The notes beneath the pieces were generated by a model that saw nothing but the letters and a program-made list of their open reading frames with translations, was not told the origin of the DNA and did not search any database. From positions 65,140 through 129,139 of the forward strand of contig CAZVXT010000002.1 of NCBI GenBank assembly GCA_964631145.1: 64,000 bases of DNA, read 5' to 3'. Shown here piece by piece: positions 1 through 9,948 of this stretch (position 1 is its first letter; the number at the start of each line of letters is the position of its first letter). Source of the stretch: an uncultured Candidatus Saccharibacteria bacterium. Lineage in GTDB: Bacteria; Patescibacteriota; Doudnabacteria; UBA920. The position numbers and the translations under genes were made by a program.

Positions 1-528
1 GGACCAGAAACGTTTGGGTTAGGGTTTATTTTAGGTATGTTATTAAATATAGCTATTAGCTTAGGTATTAATGACGCTGTGGATTCTGCGTTTGAAATAG
101 CTGCGGGAAATTTTAAACAGGCAAAATTTTTAGCTGTAAGAGCTGCAACAAAAGTTGGGATGTTTGTTGTTTTATTATGCACACTGGTTACCATTTTTAC
201 TCCGCCGTTTGGTTGGATTATAGGACCAATCTTATTGATTTTGTTAAATATATATATGATTATGGGTTTTATTTTTAAGAATGTGGCTAGCTTGCAAGGT
301 TTAGTTTGGTGGGAAATAGGTTTGATAGTAATTGTAGATTTTATGTTTATTATATTCTTTTTAACCTTTACTGCAGCCGTTTTGTATTGGGTATGCGATC
401 AATCTGGTTTGGGCGGCGGCATTGCGGCGAACGCTGTGGCAAAAGTAGTAGATTGGTGGTCGGGGACAACTTATACAACTGTAGTTAATGATATGTGCAC
501 CTCGATTAGACCATATCTACCAAATTAA
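1..528 (+). CDS. multi-pass membrane protein, unknown function (probably 5'-partial)
   Basis: Frame is open from base 1 through ATG 37 to TAA 528; several hydrophobic segments. Confidence 0.6.
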   Translation, partial: GPETFGLGFILGMLLNIAISLGINDAVDSAFEIAAGNFKQAKFLAVRAATKVGMFVVLLCTLVTIFTPPFGWIIGPILLILLNIYMIMGFIFKNVASLQGLVWWEIGLIVIVDFMFIIFFLTFTAAVLYWVCDQSGLGGGIAANAVAKVVDWWSGTTYTTVVNDMCTSIRPYLPN

Positions 529-589
529 TATGGTATAATAATGGTAACAAATACTATTGTGAAAGAAATACAAAATAGAAAGGAAATAA

Positions 590-1714
590 GTGAATAAAAG
601 AGCCATAGCAATATTAGGTGCTATATTTTTGCTTATAGTCGGAACATTGGGTGTAATTATTTATTTGCGAAAAAAATCTACATCTACAACCCAGCAAACT
701 GTAAATAATCAAACAGAAGTAGAACAGCAGTCGCAAGTAGAAATTCCTCAAACTACCGATAATGCCCCCCAAGTTAATAATCAAGCTGTAAAATTAACAG
801 ATGAAGTAGTTATTACCCCTGCTTTGTTTTTTCAAGGTAATGGCATAACTTATTTTAATAAAGCTGGACAATTGTTTCAGACAGATCTTTCTATTTCTGG
901 TAACACTGTATTATTAAGCAATAAAAGAGAGTTAACTATTCCAGGAAAGTCTGATATCTCCAAGATTTTATGGCCTTTAGTAGGAAATGCCTTCGTGGCA
1001 GAAAGTGGCTCTGGATCAAGTAGAACTTGGAGTGTTTATGATGGTGGGCAAGGTGCTTATAATCAATTGCCTGGAGAAGTTAAAAGTTTAGATTGGATGC
1101 CAAACGGAGATAAAATCGCTTTTACTTGGGTTGATTCTAAAAGCAAAACAACTATAAATATAGCTAATCCTGATACTAGCGGCTACCAAACATTAACAGA
1201 ATTGTATGAACCGGATAATGAGATTAAAGTTTCTCCAGATGGACAGTTAATAGCATTTTACAGAACCCAAACTATAGATTTAAATAAAAATGTTATTGCA
1301 ACTGTAGGTATTGATGGTAAGACTTTTAAAGCTGTAGTTAAAGATGGATACAATACTGGAGTTGTTTGGTCTCCAGATAGTAAAAAGTTTTTATTTAATA
1401 AGCGCGATCCTTTTAACCAGAAAATGAGTTTATGGGTAACAGATGTTTCTACAGGCGAGACTAAAAATACTGGAGTTGTAACTTCTTATGATAAAGCAAT
1501 TTGGAGCAAAGACGGAAGCAGTATTTATGCAGCTGTACCAAATGATTCTGGACAAGATACTCTATTTAAAATAAACATCTCAAGTGGTGATAGGAAAGAA
1601 TTTAGCCCTGGCATTGATGTGAAAATGCAAGAGTTGTTTTATAATCTAGAAGAGAATGTAATCTTCTTTAAAAACAGTACGGATGGCTTCTTGTATTATA
1701 TGATCATTGGCTAG
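590..1714 (+). CDS. membrane-anchored TolB-like beta-propeller protein
   Basis: N-terminal TM helix, Q/T-rich linker, repeated WSPD/WMPNG/VSPDG PD40-like motifs. Confidence 0.7.
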   Translation: MNKRAIAILGAIFLLIVGTLGVIIYLRKKSTSTTQQTVNNQTEVEQQSQVEIPQTTDNAPQVNNQAVKLTDEVVITPALFFQGNGITYFNKAGQLFQTDLSISGNTVLLSNKRELTIPGKSDISKILWPLVGNAFVAESGSGSSRTWSVYDGGQGAYNQLPGEVKSLDWMPNGDKIAFTWVDSKSKTTINIANPDTSGYQTLTELYEPDNEIKVSPDGQLIAFYRTQTIDLNKNVIATVGIDGKTFKAVVKDGYNTGVVWSPDSKKFLFNKRDPFNQKMSLWVTDVSTGETKNTGVVTSYDKAIWSKDGSSIYAAVPNDSGQDTLFKINISSGDRKEFSPGIDVKMQELFYNLEENVIFFKNSTDGFLYYMIIG

Positions 1715-1723
1715 GATTATTAT

Positions 1724-1750
1724 AAAACAGCTCTTTACAGAGCTGTTTTT
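1724..1750 (+). terminator. intrinsic terminator
   Basis: AAAACAGCTCT-ttac-AGAGCTGTTTTT hairpin just after stop codon. Confidence 0.7.
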
Positions 1751-1791
1751 AAATTTAGCGAAATTTTATCAAACTAAGCTATAATATATTT

Positions 1792-3102
1792 ATGGCAACA
1801 AAAAGTGTATTTATTTGTTCTAATTGTGGTAATCAGAGTAGTCGCTGGCAAGGGAAATGTGCCAATTGCGGAGCTTGGAATAGTTATCAAGAACAAACGG
1901 TCTCGGTAAGCAATAAAAGTAAGACTGTCGGTGTTCCTAGTGGTACAAAGCCAATATCTTTATCAGAAGTTAAATCTGACAATTATTTAAGAGTCCAATC
2001 TGGTATTGCCGAATTGGATACTGTTTTGGGTGGCGGATTGGTTCCTGGTGCTGTTATTTTGCTTGGAGGGGATCCTGGTATAGGTAAGTCCACATTAGCT
2101 TTACAGCTAGCTAATTTGCTTGCAAAGCAAAATCATGATGTTTTATACGTTACGGGAGAAGAGTCTGCCCAGCAAATAAAAATGCGAAATGATAGATTGC
2201 CGATTAAACAAGATATTTCAGTTTTAGCAGATACAGATTATGATAATGTTGTTGCGGTGCTATCTACACAAAAGCCAGAAATTGTAATAATTGATTCTAT
2301 TCAAACTTTAAATTCTGCAGAAGTAAATGGTGTGCAGGGAGGGGTAGCTCAATTGAGTTATGTAACTAATGGATTAGTAAGGCTTGCTAAACAGCATCAC
2401 ATAACCACTATTGTGATAGGGCATGTTACTAAGGAAGGTATGTTAGCTGGTCCAAAAACCATAGAACATATGGTGGATGTGGTTTTGTATCTAGAAGGAG
2501 ATAGATTAAGCAGCCTGCGTTTATTAAGAAGTAGTAAAAATAGATTTGGCAGCATTGGCGAAGTTGGTGTATTCCAGATGGTGGAATCTGGTTTAGAAGA
2601 AGTTGCAAACCCCGCTGCCATGTTCTTGGAGCATAAAGATAAAACCATGCCTGGTAGTTGTGTGGCAGTGGTGGCGGAAGGTAATAAAATCTTACTTGTA
2701 GAAGTGCAGGCACTAACTAATACAACTACTGCTACTTATCCCAAAAGGGTTGCATCTGGCTTTGATATTAATCGCTTACAATTGTTATCTGCAATACTCC
2801 AAAAAAGTTTGGGTGTTAATTTATCTAATCAGGATATTTATATTAACATCGCTGGTGGTTTTAAAGTTACAGAACGTGCAGCGGATCTTCCGGTGGTTTT
2901 AGCTATATTATCTTCTTATTATGGCAAAGATTTAGGTCTGGGTACTGCTGCATATGGTGAAGTTGGATTGCTTGGTGAAGTTAGGGCTGTACCACAGGTG
3001 GATAAGCGTAGCAAAGAAGCAAAAAAATTAGGATATAGTAATTTATTTAATAATAAAACTTTAAAATCTATTAATGATATTAAATTATTTTCTAAAAAAT
3101 AA
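1792..3102 (+). CDS. radA: DNA repair protein RadA/Sms
   Basis: C4 zinc finger (CSNC..CANC), Walker A GDPGIGKS, KNRFG motif, Lon-like C-terminus. Confidence 0.97.
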   Translation: MATKSVFICSNCGNQSSRWQGKCANCGAWNSYQEQTVSVSNKSKTVGVPSGTKPISLSEVKSDNYLRVQSGIAELDTVLGGGLVPGAVILLGGDPGIGKSTLALQLANLLAKQNHDVLYVTGEESAQQIKMRNDRLPIKQDISVLADTDYDNVVAVLSTQKPEIVIIDSIQTLNSAEVNGVQGGVAQLSYVTNGLVRLAKQHHITTIVIGHVTKEGMLAGPKTIEHMVDVVLYLEGDRLSSLRLLRSSKNRFGSIGEVGVFQMVESGLEEVANPAAMFLEHKDKTMPGSCVAVVAEGNKILLVEVQALTNTTTATYPKRVASGFDINRLQLLSAILQKSLGVNLSNQDIYINIAGGFKVTERAADLPVVLAILSSYYGKDLGLGTAAYGEVGLLGEVRAVPQVDKRSKEAKKLGYSNLFNNKTLKSINDIKLFSKK

Positions 3103-3120
3103 TTTAATATTAGGCAAATA

Positions 3121-3157
3121 AAAAACCGCCTTATAAACTGCAAAGGCGGTGTTTTTT
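3121..3157. terminator. bidirectional terminator between convergent genes
   Basis: AAAAACCGCCTT...AAGGCGGTGTTTTTT. Confidence 0.6.
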
Positions 3158-3169
3158 AAAGTAACTATT

Positions 3170-3397
3170 TTAGGCAAACCTTGATGGGTAAGCCGGCGGC
3201 ACGGTAATAAACTCCAATCTATTACGATTAGTCTGTAATTCGCCTTTGTGAATCATATCTTGCATTTTACTTGCTTCTTCCAGCACGCAAAATTCAGGAG
3301 TCTTTCTGTTAGGAATTGTTCCTGAAGTTACGCCTGTTGTTAGGTCATGTAAATACTTCCCGTATTGCCCCGGTTCCCAAGGTCTCTTCTTTGCCAT
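3170..3397 (-). CDS. hypothetical protein
   Basis: 75-aa ORF with GGAGG ribosome-binding site upstream of ATG. Confidence 0.55.
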   Translation of the reverse strand: MAKKRPWEPGQYGKYLHDLTTGVTSGTIPNRKTPEFCVLEEASKMQDMIHKGELQTNRNRLEFITVPPAYPSRFA

Positions 3398-3508
3398 AAT
3401 TATTTTCCTCCAAATAGTTTTAAATTAAAATGTACATCGCAATTATTTGAGGTGTACATAAATTTTATAACAAATTTTGGAGGTGTTGTCAATGTCACTT
3501 AAACTTGC

Positions 3509-5563
3509 TTATTCTGTGCGAAGTTCTTTAACTAATTTTTCGGTAATTATCTTAAGTTGAGTATGATTTTTTAAAGAGTTATCGTTAGTAATTATATATT
3601 CTGCAATTTTTTGAGATTTTTCTAATGCACTAATTGTAAAATAACTGCTAAATCGAAATTTATGCCCAGATTGATTAAGTCCAAGTAAATCGCCAAACCC
3701 TCTTGTTTTAAGATCAAATTCTGCTAACACAAATCCATTTTGTGTACTAGCAAACTTTTGGAGCCTAGGCAGTTCTTCTGTTTGATTAGGAGACACAAAA
3801 ACATAGCAATAACTTGGTAAGTTACTTCGTCCGATTCTGCCTCGAAGCTGATGAAGTTGGGCAAGTCCAAACCGTTCTGCCCCTTCTATAATCATTACGG
3901 TAGCATTTGGAATATCTATCCCAACTTCTATTACAGTGCTTGCAACAAGAATATCATAATTATGTTCAGCAAAGTCTTGCATGATACTATTTTTTTGTTC
4001 AGGTGGTAAGCTGCCATAAATTACGCCAACTTTATTTTTGGGAAATAGCTTTTTGATTTTTTCAAACTCTGTCTTAACATCCTTAGTATCAGATTCGCTT
4101 TCTTCTACTTTTGCTAAAACAACAAAAGCTTGTTTTCCCGATTTGATTTCTTGTTTAATTTTATTGTAAGCTACTCCATAGCTACTTTGATCTAAAACTT
4201 GAGTAGTTATAGGTAATTTACCTTCTGGGAGTTGATCTATAACGCTAAGCTCAATATTTCCATATAGAGATAATGCTAAGCTACGTGGAATTGGAGTTGC
4301 AGATAAACTCAAATAATGAGGTGTATGCTTTTTCCCGCTCATATCTTGGAGTAAGAAATTGCGTTGCATAACACCAAAGCGGTGTTGTTCATCCACTATA
4401 ATTAATCCAAATTCATGCTTTTTGATAGAATCTTTTAATAAAGCATGGGTTCCAATAATGATATCTAGTTCTTTGTCGGTAATTGCATTAATCAATGTAT
4501 CCTTGTCAAAATCTTTTTGGTTAATACTAGAAATAGATCGAGTTAAGCAGCCTATATTAAGTTGGTAATTTGCGAATAATTTCCAAAAAGTTTGGTAATG
4601 TTGCTTGGCTAGTATTTCTGTGGGAACTAAAATTAGCACTTGTTTTTTTGCAGCAGTTGTACTTAGCGCACCAATAGCTGCAACTATTGTTTTACCGCTT
4701 CCCACATCACCAATTAGCATTCTATTCATTGCACTATTCTTTTCTAAATCTTGTAAAATTTCCCAAGCAGATTTTTTTTGTGACGCAGTTAAATCAAAGC
4801 TAAGTTTAGATAAAAAACCTTTTACTAGCGTTTGACTAAACGGTATTTGGTAGGATTTTTGGTTATTGTTAAGCTTTTGTAGTTTAAGGGCTAGTTGTTC
4901 GGGTAGTATTTCATTTATTGCCAATCTTTCATGATATGTCCCTAAATTATCTAACTCCTTTGGGTTATGGAAATATAAAATTGCTTCTTTGGTAGATGGT
5001 AAAGAAAAGTTTTTTATAACGCTATCATCCAGTAACTCTTTGTCAAATTCTATTGTTTGTAATGCAGCATTAACTAATTTTGTTAATTGTAAATTGGACA
5101 CACCGCTACTTAAGTGATATATAGGTAGAAGCTTGCCAGTATATATAGGGTCAGAATCAGGGGATTCGAATAAAGGATTGGTTAGTTGTTTTTGCTGACC
5201 TCTTTGTTCTATTTGCCCAGCAAGTAATATATCTTGACCTTCTTTTAGCTGTTTTGCCAAATATGACTGGTTAAACCATATGGATTTGATTATCCCAGTT
5301 TCGTCTTCTATAATAGCTTCGGTAAAGCTTAATCTGGATTTAAATGATCTTCTTGCTTCTACTTTAATCAACTTGCCAGAAATTGTTAATGTTTGTCCTA
5401 GGTTAGCATCGGCTATATTTACGATGCTTCTAAAATCTACATACCTAAATGGCACATGCAGCAACAAATCTTTAACTGTTTTTATATTAAGTTTTTTTAG
5501 CTTTAAAGATAAAGCCGGACCTACGCCCGGCAATTTTGTAATTAAATCTGTTTCAAAGAGCAT
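3509..5563 (-). CDS. recG: ATP-dependent DNA helicase RecG
   Basis: Wedge domain, GDVGSGKT, DEQHRFG, SATPIPRS, QLHQLRGRIGR. Confidence 0.97.
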   Translation of the reverse strand: MLFETDLITKLPGVGPALSLKLKKLNIKTVKDLLLHVPFRYVDFRSIVNIADANLGQTLTISGKLIKVEARRSFKSRLSFTEAIIEDETGIIKSIWFNQSYLAKQLKEGQDILLAGQIEQRGQQKQLTNPLFESPDSDPIYTGKLLPIYHLSSGVSNLQLTKLVNAALQTIEFDKELLDDSVIKNFSLPSTKEAILYFHNPKELDNLGTYHERLAINEILPEQLALKLQKLNNNQKSYQIPFSQTLVKGFLSKLSFDLTASQKKSAWEILQDLEKNSAMNRMLIGDVGSGKTIVAAIGALSTTAAKKQVLILVPTEILAKQHYQTFWKLFANYQLNIGCLTRSISSINQKDFDKDTLINAITDKELDIIIGTHALLKDSIKKHEFGLIIVDEQHRFGVMQRNFLLQDMSGKKHTPHYLSLSATPIPRSLALSLYGNIELSVIDQLPEGKLPITTQVLDQSSYGVAYNKIKQEIKSGKQAFVVLAKVEESESDTKDVKTEFEKIKKLFPKNKVGVIYGSLPPEQKNSIMQDFAEHNYDILVASTVIEVGIDIPNATVMIIEGAERFGLAQLHQLRGRIGRSNLPSYCYVFVSPNQTEELPRLQKFASTQNGFVLAEFDLKTRGFGDLLGLNQSGHKFRFSSYFTISALEKSQKIAEYIITNDNSLKNHTQLKIITEKLVKELRTE

Positions 5564-5590
5564 AGCTTTTAATTACCTTTATATTAAATG

Positions 5591-6064
5591 TTAAAATCGA
5601 AATCTGTGAGCGATCCTTTGTGCTACGGTTGGATTTGTTTCAGTATGTTCTGGTAGTAGTTCTAATAGCACATCTCGTACTTCTTCTGCGTCTTGATCAG
5701 CAAGCTCTATATGTAGTTGATTGTTTATATAAGCTGATGTTTCTATGTTTAGAGCTTTATGGGTTCCATCATCAATCACCCAAAAATGTTGAATTCTAGA
5801 ATAAGGAATGAGAGTGTTGTCAAATATTATCCCTTGATCAGTGATGCTAATATTAATTATTTTTGGTTGTCTGCTACCAAAATATGCGATAAAGATTGCG
5901 ATAAAGACTAAACATGTTGCTCCAAAATAATCCTTTTGAATTATTTGATAAATAACAAGTAGTGTCATAATAATTATCATTGTTATATACCAAGCTGGAT
6001 TTTTTTGGTAATGACGAAATTCTGGAGCATCCCAAGATAAAATTGTAATAGGGGAATTTGGCAT
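5591..6064 (-). CDS. conserved membrane protein with two TM helices and C-terminal PH-like domain
   Basis: W-x-A-P-E-F N-terminus, two TM helices, ITDQGI...IPYSRIQHFW pattern. Confidence 0.6.
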   Translation of the reverse strand: MPNSPITILSWDAPEFRHYQKNPAWYITMIIIMTLLVIYQIIQKDYFGATCLVFIAIFIAYFGSRQPKIINISITDQGIIFDNTLIPYSRIQHFWVIDDGTHKALNIETSAYINNQLHIELADQDAEEVRDVLLELLPEHTETNPTVAQRIAHRFRF

Positions 6065-6066
6065 TT

Positions 6067-6345
6067 TTATTTTTTATTATTGTTTGAATTATCTCCCCAT
6101 TGCCATTTTGGGGTTTCTCCAGTTTTGTAACACAATACTAGAAAGGCAGCGGTTAAAACAAACCAGTATAATACAATCTTCCAAGGGAAAACTTCTTGTT
6201 TTATATAGTTTGAATATAACGAAATTGGACCTATAAATAATATTAAGAATATTAAAGTTGCTAGCCAACCGTTTTTATTGGCAGGTGTCCATCCGTATCC
6301 ATATGTTTTTCGTCTAAACCATAATTGTTTAGGAGGTAAGTCCAT
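6067..6345 (-). CDS. small membrane protein
   Basis: WFRRKTYGYGWTP N-terminus, two TM helices, GETPKWQWG C-terminus. Confidence 0.65.
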   Translation of the reverse strand: MDLPPKQLWFRRKTYGYGWTPANKNGWLATLIFLILFIGPISLYSNYIKQEVFPWKIVLYWFVLTAAFLVLCYKTGETPKWQWGDNSNNNKK

Positions 6346-6403
6346 AATTATATTTTAGCATAAAACAAGTATTATTATGTAAGGTTTTTGATATAATTAT
6401 ATT

Positions 6404-7021
6404 ATGCTTGAGCATCAAATCTTAGAAGCGATTTTATTATATAAACCCTTGGCTTATGTGCTGGTTTTGATTGGATTATTACTAGAAGGGGAATTGGTAT
6501 TATTTTCTGCCTTAATTTTAGCTAATCAAGGTTATTTAAGTTACTATATTTTATTACCGCTATCTGTTTTTGGTATTTTGACAGGAGATTTGTTGTGGTT
6601 CTATTTAGGTGTTTATTTTAATGGTAATAGTGGTAAGATTTCTCGTTATGTAGTAAAAGCCCAAAAACTGTTGCAATTCTCGATGTTTAAAACTATATTT
6701 AGAGCAGTTTTTATTAGCAAATTTACTTATGGATTACACAGAGCTATGTTAATTGCAGTTGGGTCTAGTGGGGTTTCTGTGAAAAAATTTTTAAAATCAG
6801 ACAGTGTTGCTGTAGCTATATGGTTGTCCATTATTTTTCTAGTTTCATTTTTGACCAGTTTTTCCATTAAAGCCTTTAATGGTTATGTTAGAGGGGTTGA
6901 AGTTTTAATTTTAATAGTCATAATATTATGGGTAGTGTTCCAAAAAATTATGTCTTACATATTTTTATCAAAAGAGAAAACCGCTATTGCTAATATAAAC
7001 AACCCTGATAATAAATCATAA
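6404..7021 (+). CDS. DedA/VTT family membrane protein
   Basis: EGELVL, GDLLWFYLG, FISKFTYG motifs. Confidence 0.85.
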   Translation: MLEHQILEAILLYKPLAYVLVLIGLLLEGELVLFSALILANQGYLSYYILLPLSVFGILTGDLLWFYLGVYFNGNSGKISRYVVKAQKLLQFSMFKTIFRAVFISKFTYGLHRAMLIAVGSSGVSVKKFLKSDSVAVAIWLSIIFLVSFLTSFSIKAFNGYVRGVEVLILIVIILWVVFQKIMSYIFLSKEKTAIANINNPDNKS

Positions 7022-7093
7022 AAGAAACTTCTGCACGCAACTTCAGTTTTTATCCAGTGTAGATTTAAATTTTTTATGTTTTTTAAAATTATA

Positions 7094-7492
7094 CTATTTC
7101 CAATTAAAAAATGTAATTATAATTTGTAGGATGGTTGCAAATGATACCCAAAGCAAGTATGGAATATTAGCTAAGGCTACCCATTTAATATGCTTGTAAG
7201 ACACAGTAATTGCCCATATCAGAGTAATTAATACTAAGGATATATCAATAGTGGCAAGCAGGTTATTTTTTAGTCCAAATTGAATTGGAGAAAACAATAA
7301 GTTAAAAATTATGTTTAAAGCAAACGGGGTTGCAACAGATAATGGTATTTGTTTTTTTAAGGTTTTATAAAATACGGTTCCAAAAGTTATAGCAATAATT
7401 GTATATAAAATTGTCCATACAGGTCCAAACAGCCAAGCTGGGGGAGCCCAGTAAGGTTTGATTAAAAGTTCGTACCATTTAAATTGATTCAT
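7094..7492 (-). CDS. tspO: TspO/MBR family tryptophan-rich sensory protein
   Basis: WY..L.KP.WAPPAWLFGPVWTILY and PYLLWVSFATIL motifs. Confidence 0.92.
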   Translation of the reverse strand: MNQFKWYELLIKPYWAPPAWLFGPVWTILYTIIAITFGTVFYKTLKKQIPLSVATPFALNIIFNLLFSPIQFGLKNNLLATIDISLVLITLIWAITVSYKHIKWVALANIPYLLWVSFATILQIIITFFNWK

Positions 7493-7582
7493 ATATTTAT
7501 TTAGATATTTGTGAGATATGAATTAATTATATCATTTATATTTTGTAATAAAATAAAATAGCCAATTAGCTATTTTATTTTC

Positions 7583-7670
<88 letters not shown>

Positions 7671-7851
7671 ATATTTGTATTAAATTTGATGACTAAATAA
7701 TTTTAACATAAACGATAAATTGAGGCAATAAATAAAAAACAGGCTTTACTCTAGATATTAGCCTGTTTTTTGATAATTTTTACCGTTCTTCCATTACAAT
7801 CTCTTCGGTATAGCTGCCAGCTTTAACAAGTTGGCAGTTAATCGAAATGAT

Positions 7852-8967
7852 TTAAAATTTTGGTTCTGCTATAAATCCGCCTGTTACCTTTGCTGAGGTT
7901 TCTACTTCTGGCTGTTGAGGTTCTGTATTAGGAGAGCTTGGTTTATTTTCAGTATTCTTTATAGCGTTTTGAGTTTTGGTTGTTTTTTCTATAGTAGGGA
8001 TTATTGCTGTTTTTACTTCAGGGATTAAGATTATTCTTTTTGCAATTAATTCGTTGTTTTGTTTGACCGCATTAACTGTAATTTTGCCAGAAATTTTGGT
8101 ACCTTCTGCAATTAAGTCTCCATCTTGACCAGAAACAATCGTATTTTTGTTAATAATAAATAATTGTTTATTTAAAGTAATTGCTGTTGGGGTGACGTTG
8201 CTAGGGTTTCCGGTCTCTGAGATTTTGCTAGATTCGGCTAATACTTGATCATTTGAAGCGGCAATAATTTTTACCAATGATTTTTGGCTAGCAGTAGAGA
8301 GATTATTAGCTAAAGTTTTAACTTCTTGGCTTGAGTCGTGGTTAACAACTTCGCTTAATATGGTTTGTTGTGCCTTATTTAAACTAATCAGATTATCTAA
8401 AATATTATATTGAGAATTGGTTTTGGTGGCAGGAATGGCTTTGAAGGTGTTTTCGACCTGATTATTTAGCTCTGTAATAGCCGCAATTTTTTGTTCAGAA
8501 GTTCCTGTTAGTAATGCTTGCTTGGTTTCTTCTAACCTTTTCTGTGCTAATTCTATTTGTAAATTAGTAAGCTTATCGTTGTCGAAGGTAAAGTTAAGCT
8601 GAGCTTTTTCGCTAGCACGTTTTAACGAATATAAAGAATCTCCTGGTAAGCTGTTGGATGCAAAAGATAATAGAGTATTACTTGCAAACATAACAATTAA
8701 AGCTGTAAGAGGTATTGCTGCAAGTTTGTAGTTTGTAAATAAGCTTTTAATCGAAAATTTCTGTCTGGAATATTCTTTAAATCTGTAATGTTTGTATCCA
8801 CGTGGTGTTGGCTTGATGGGGAGATTGCTTAGATTTAAGCTAATTGACCATATATCTAGTATTTCTTGTCTATGTTCTGGATACATTGTCAAAACTTCTT
8901 CCTGAGAAATTCCTTCAGAAATATAACCTAATACTTTGTCTAATTGTTCGTCTGTAAGCTGGTTCAT
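7852..8967 (-). CDS. DUF5667-like membrane protein, probable anti-sigma partner
   Basis: Single TM then SLPGDSLYSLKRASE motif; overlaps the ECF sigma stop codon. Confidence 0.7.
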   Translation of the reverse strand: MNQLTDEQLDKVLGYISEGISQEEVLTMYPEHRQEILDIWSISLNLSNLPIKPTPRGYKHYRFKEYSRQKFSIKSLFTNYKLAAIPLTALIVMFASNTLLSFASNSLPGDSLYSLKRASEKAQLNFTFDNDKLTNLQIELAQKRLEETKQALLTGTSEQKIAAITELNNQVENTFKAIPATKTNSQYNILDNLISLNKAQQTILSEVVNHDSSQEVKTLANNLSTASQKSLVKIIAASNDQVLAESSKISETGNPSNVTPTAITLNKQLFIINKNTIVSGQDGDLIAEGTKISGKITVNAVKQNNELIAKRIILIPEVKTAIIPTIEKTTKTQNAIKNTENKPSSPNTEPQQPEVETSAKVTGGFIAEPKF

Positions 8968-9545
8968 GATTTTTTTAGCTTTTCAAATAAATCTTGTAAT
9001 TGCTTGATTGCTCTATGCTGAATAACTCTAATTGCACCTTCTGTTTTATTTAACATTTGAGCAATTATATTGTTGTCTAAATGTTCAAAGAATTTTAGCT
9101 TGATTACAGATTGCTGCTCTTCATTTAATTCTTTAAGCAGCTTCATTAATAATCCTTGTTCTACTTCTAAATTAATCAAATCCACTATGTTATTTTCGTA
9201 TTCAACTATATTTTCGATATTTTCTAAAGCAACTTGCGGTCTTTTTTGCCGGTAATAATCTATTACTAAATTCCTTGCTATTTGATATAGCCATCCCTCA
9301 AAAGCTTTGAGGTTTTGAAGCTTAGAAATCCCTGAAAAAGCTTTTACGAAAGTGTCTTCAGTTATGTCTTCTGCTGTCTCTTTGTGGCTAACTCTATAGT
9401 AACAAAATTGGTATATTTTGCTATAATATTCTTCATAAACAGCGGTTAAAGCCGAATCTTCTCCTTTTTGGGCATTTTCAAGGGTGCTGAGGTATTCTGG
9501 TGACTCAGAAAAGCTAGAATAATAAAATATGTTACTACTGTTCAT
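8964..9545 (-). CDS. ECF RNA polymerase sigma-70 factor
   Basis: AEDITEDTFVKAF, FEGWLYQIARNLVIDYYR (region 2), region 4 HTH. Confidence 0.93.
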   Translation of the reverse strand: MNSSNIFYYSSFSESPEYLSTLENAQKGEDSALTAVYEEYYSKIYQFCYYRVSHKETAEDITEDTFVKAFSGISKLQNLKAFEGWLYQIARNLVIDYYRQKRPQVALENIENIVEYENNIVDLINLEVEQGLLMKLLKELNEEQQSVIKLKFFEHLDNNIIAQMLNKTEGAIRVIQHRAIKQLQDLFEKLKKS

Positions 9546-9629
9546 AAAGACGTGCCGGCTAATGCTTTGTTACATATAATTTTACCATACAATTTGTCTT
9601 CTAAATGTAAGTTTTGGTAGAATTAATAT

Positions 9630-9869
9630 ATGAATAATAATACTTATTGCCATAGTTGCATGATGCCTTTTCATAAAGATAAAGGCGTGAGGGAAAATGA
9701 AAATTACTGCAGTTTGTGCTTTTCTAATGGAAAACTTAACTACGAAGGTAATGATTTAAAAGAGTTCCAAAGAGTTGTTTATAAAAGCATGATCGACAGG
9801 GGTGTTAATAAATGGTTGGCTAAACTTTATACTTTTATGATTAGATTTGCACCTCGTTGGAAGAAATAA
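9630..9869 (+). CDS. zinc-ribbon domain protein
   Basis: CHSCMMP...YCSLCF..G and C-terminal PRWK. Confidence 0.75.
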   Translation: MNNNTYCHSCMMPFHKDKGVRENENYCSLCFSNGKLNYEGNDLKEFQRVVYKSMIDRGVNKWLAKLYTFMIRFAPRWKK

Positions 9870-9948
9870 TTAAATTTTCTTCAAATTTAAAACCAGCAAT
9901 ATTTATTGCTGGTTTTTAATATATATTGAAGTCTGGGCGATATATAAT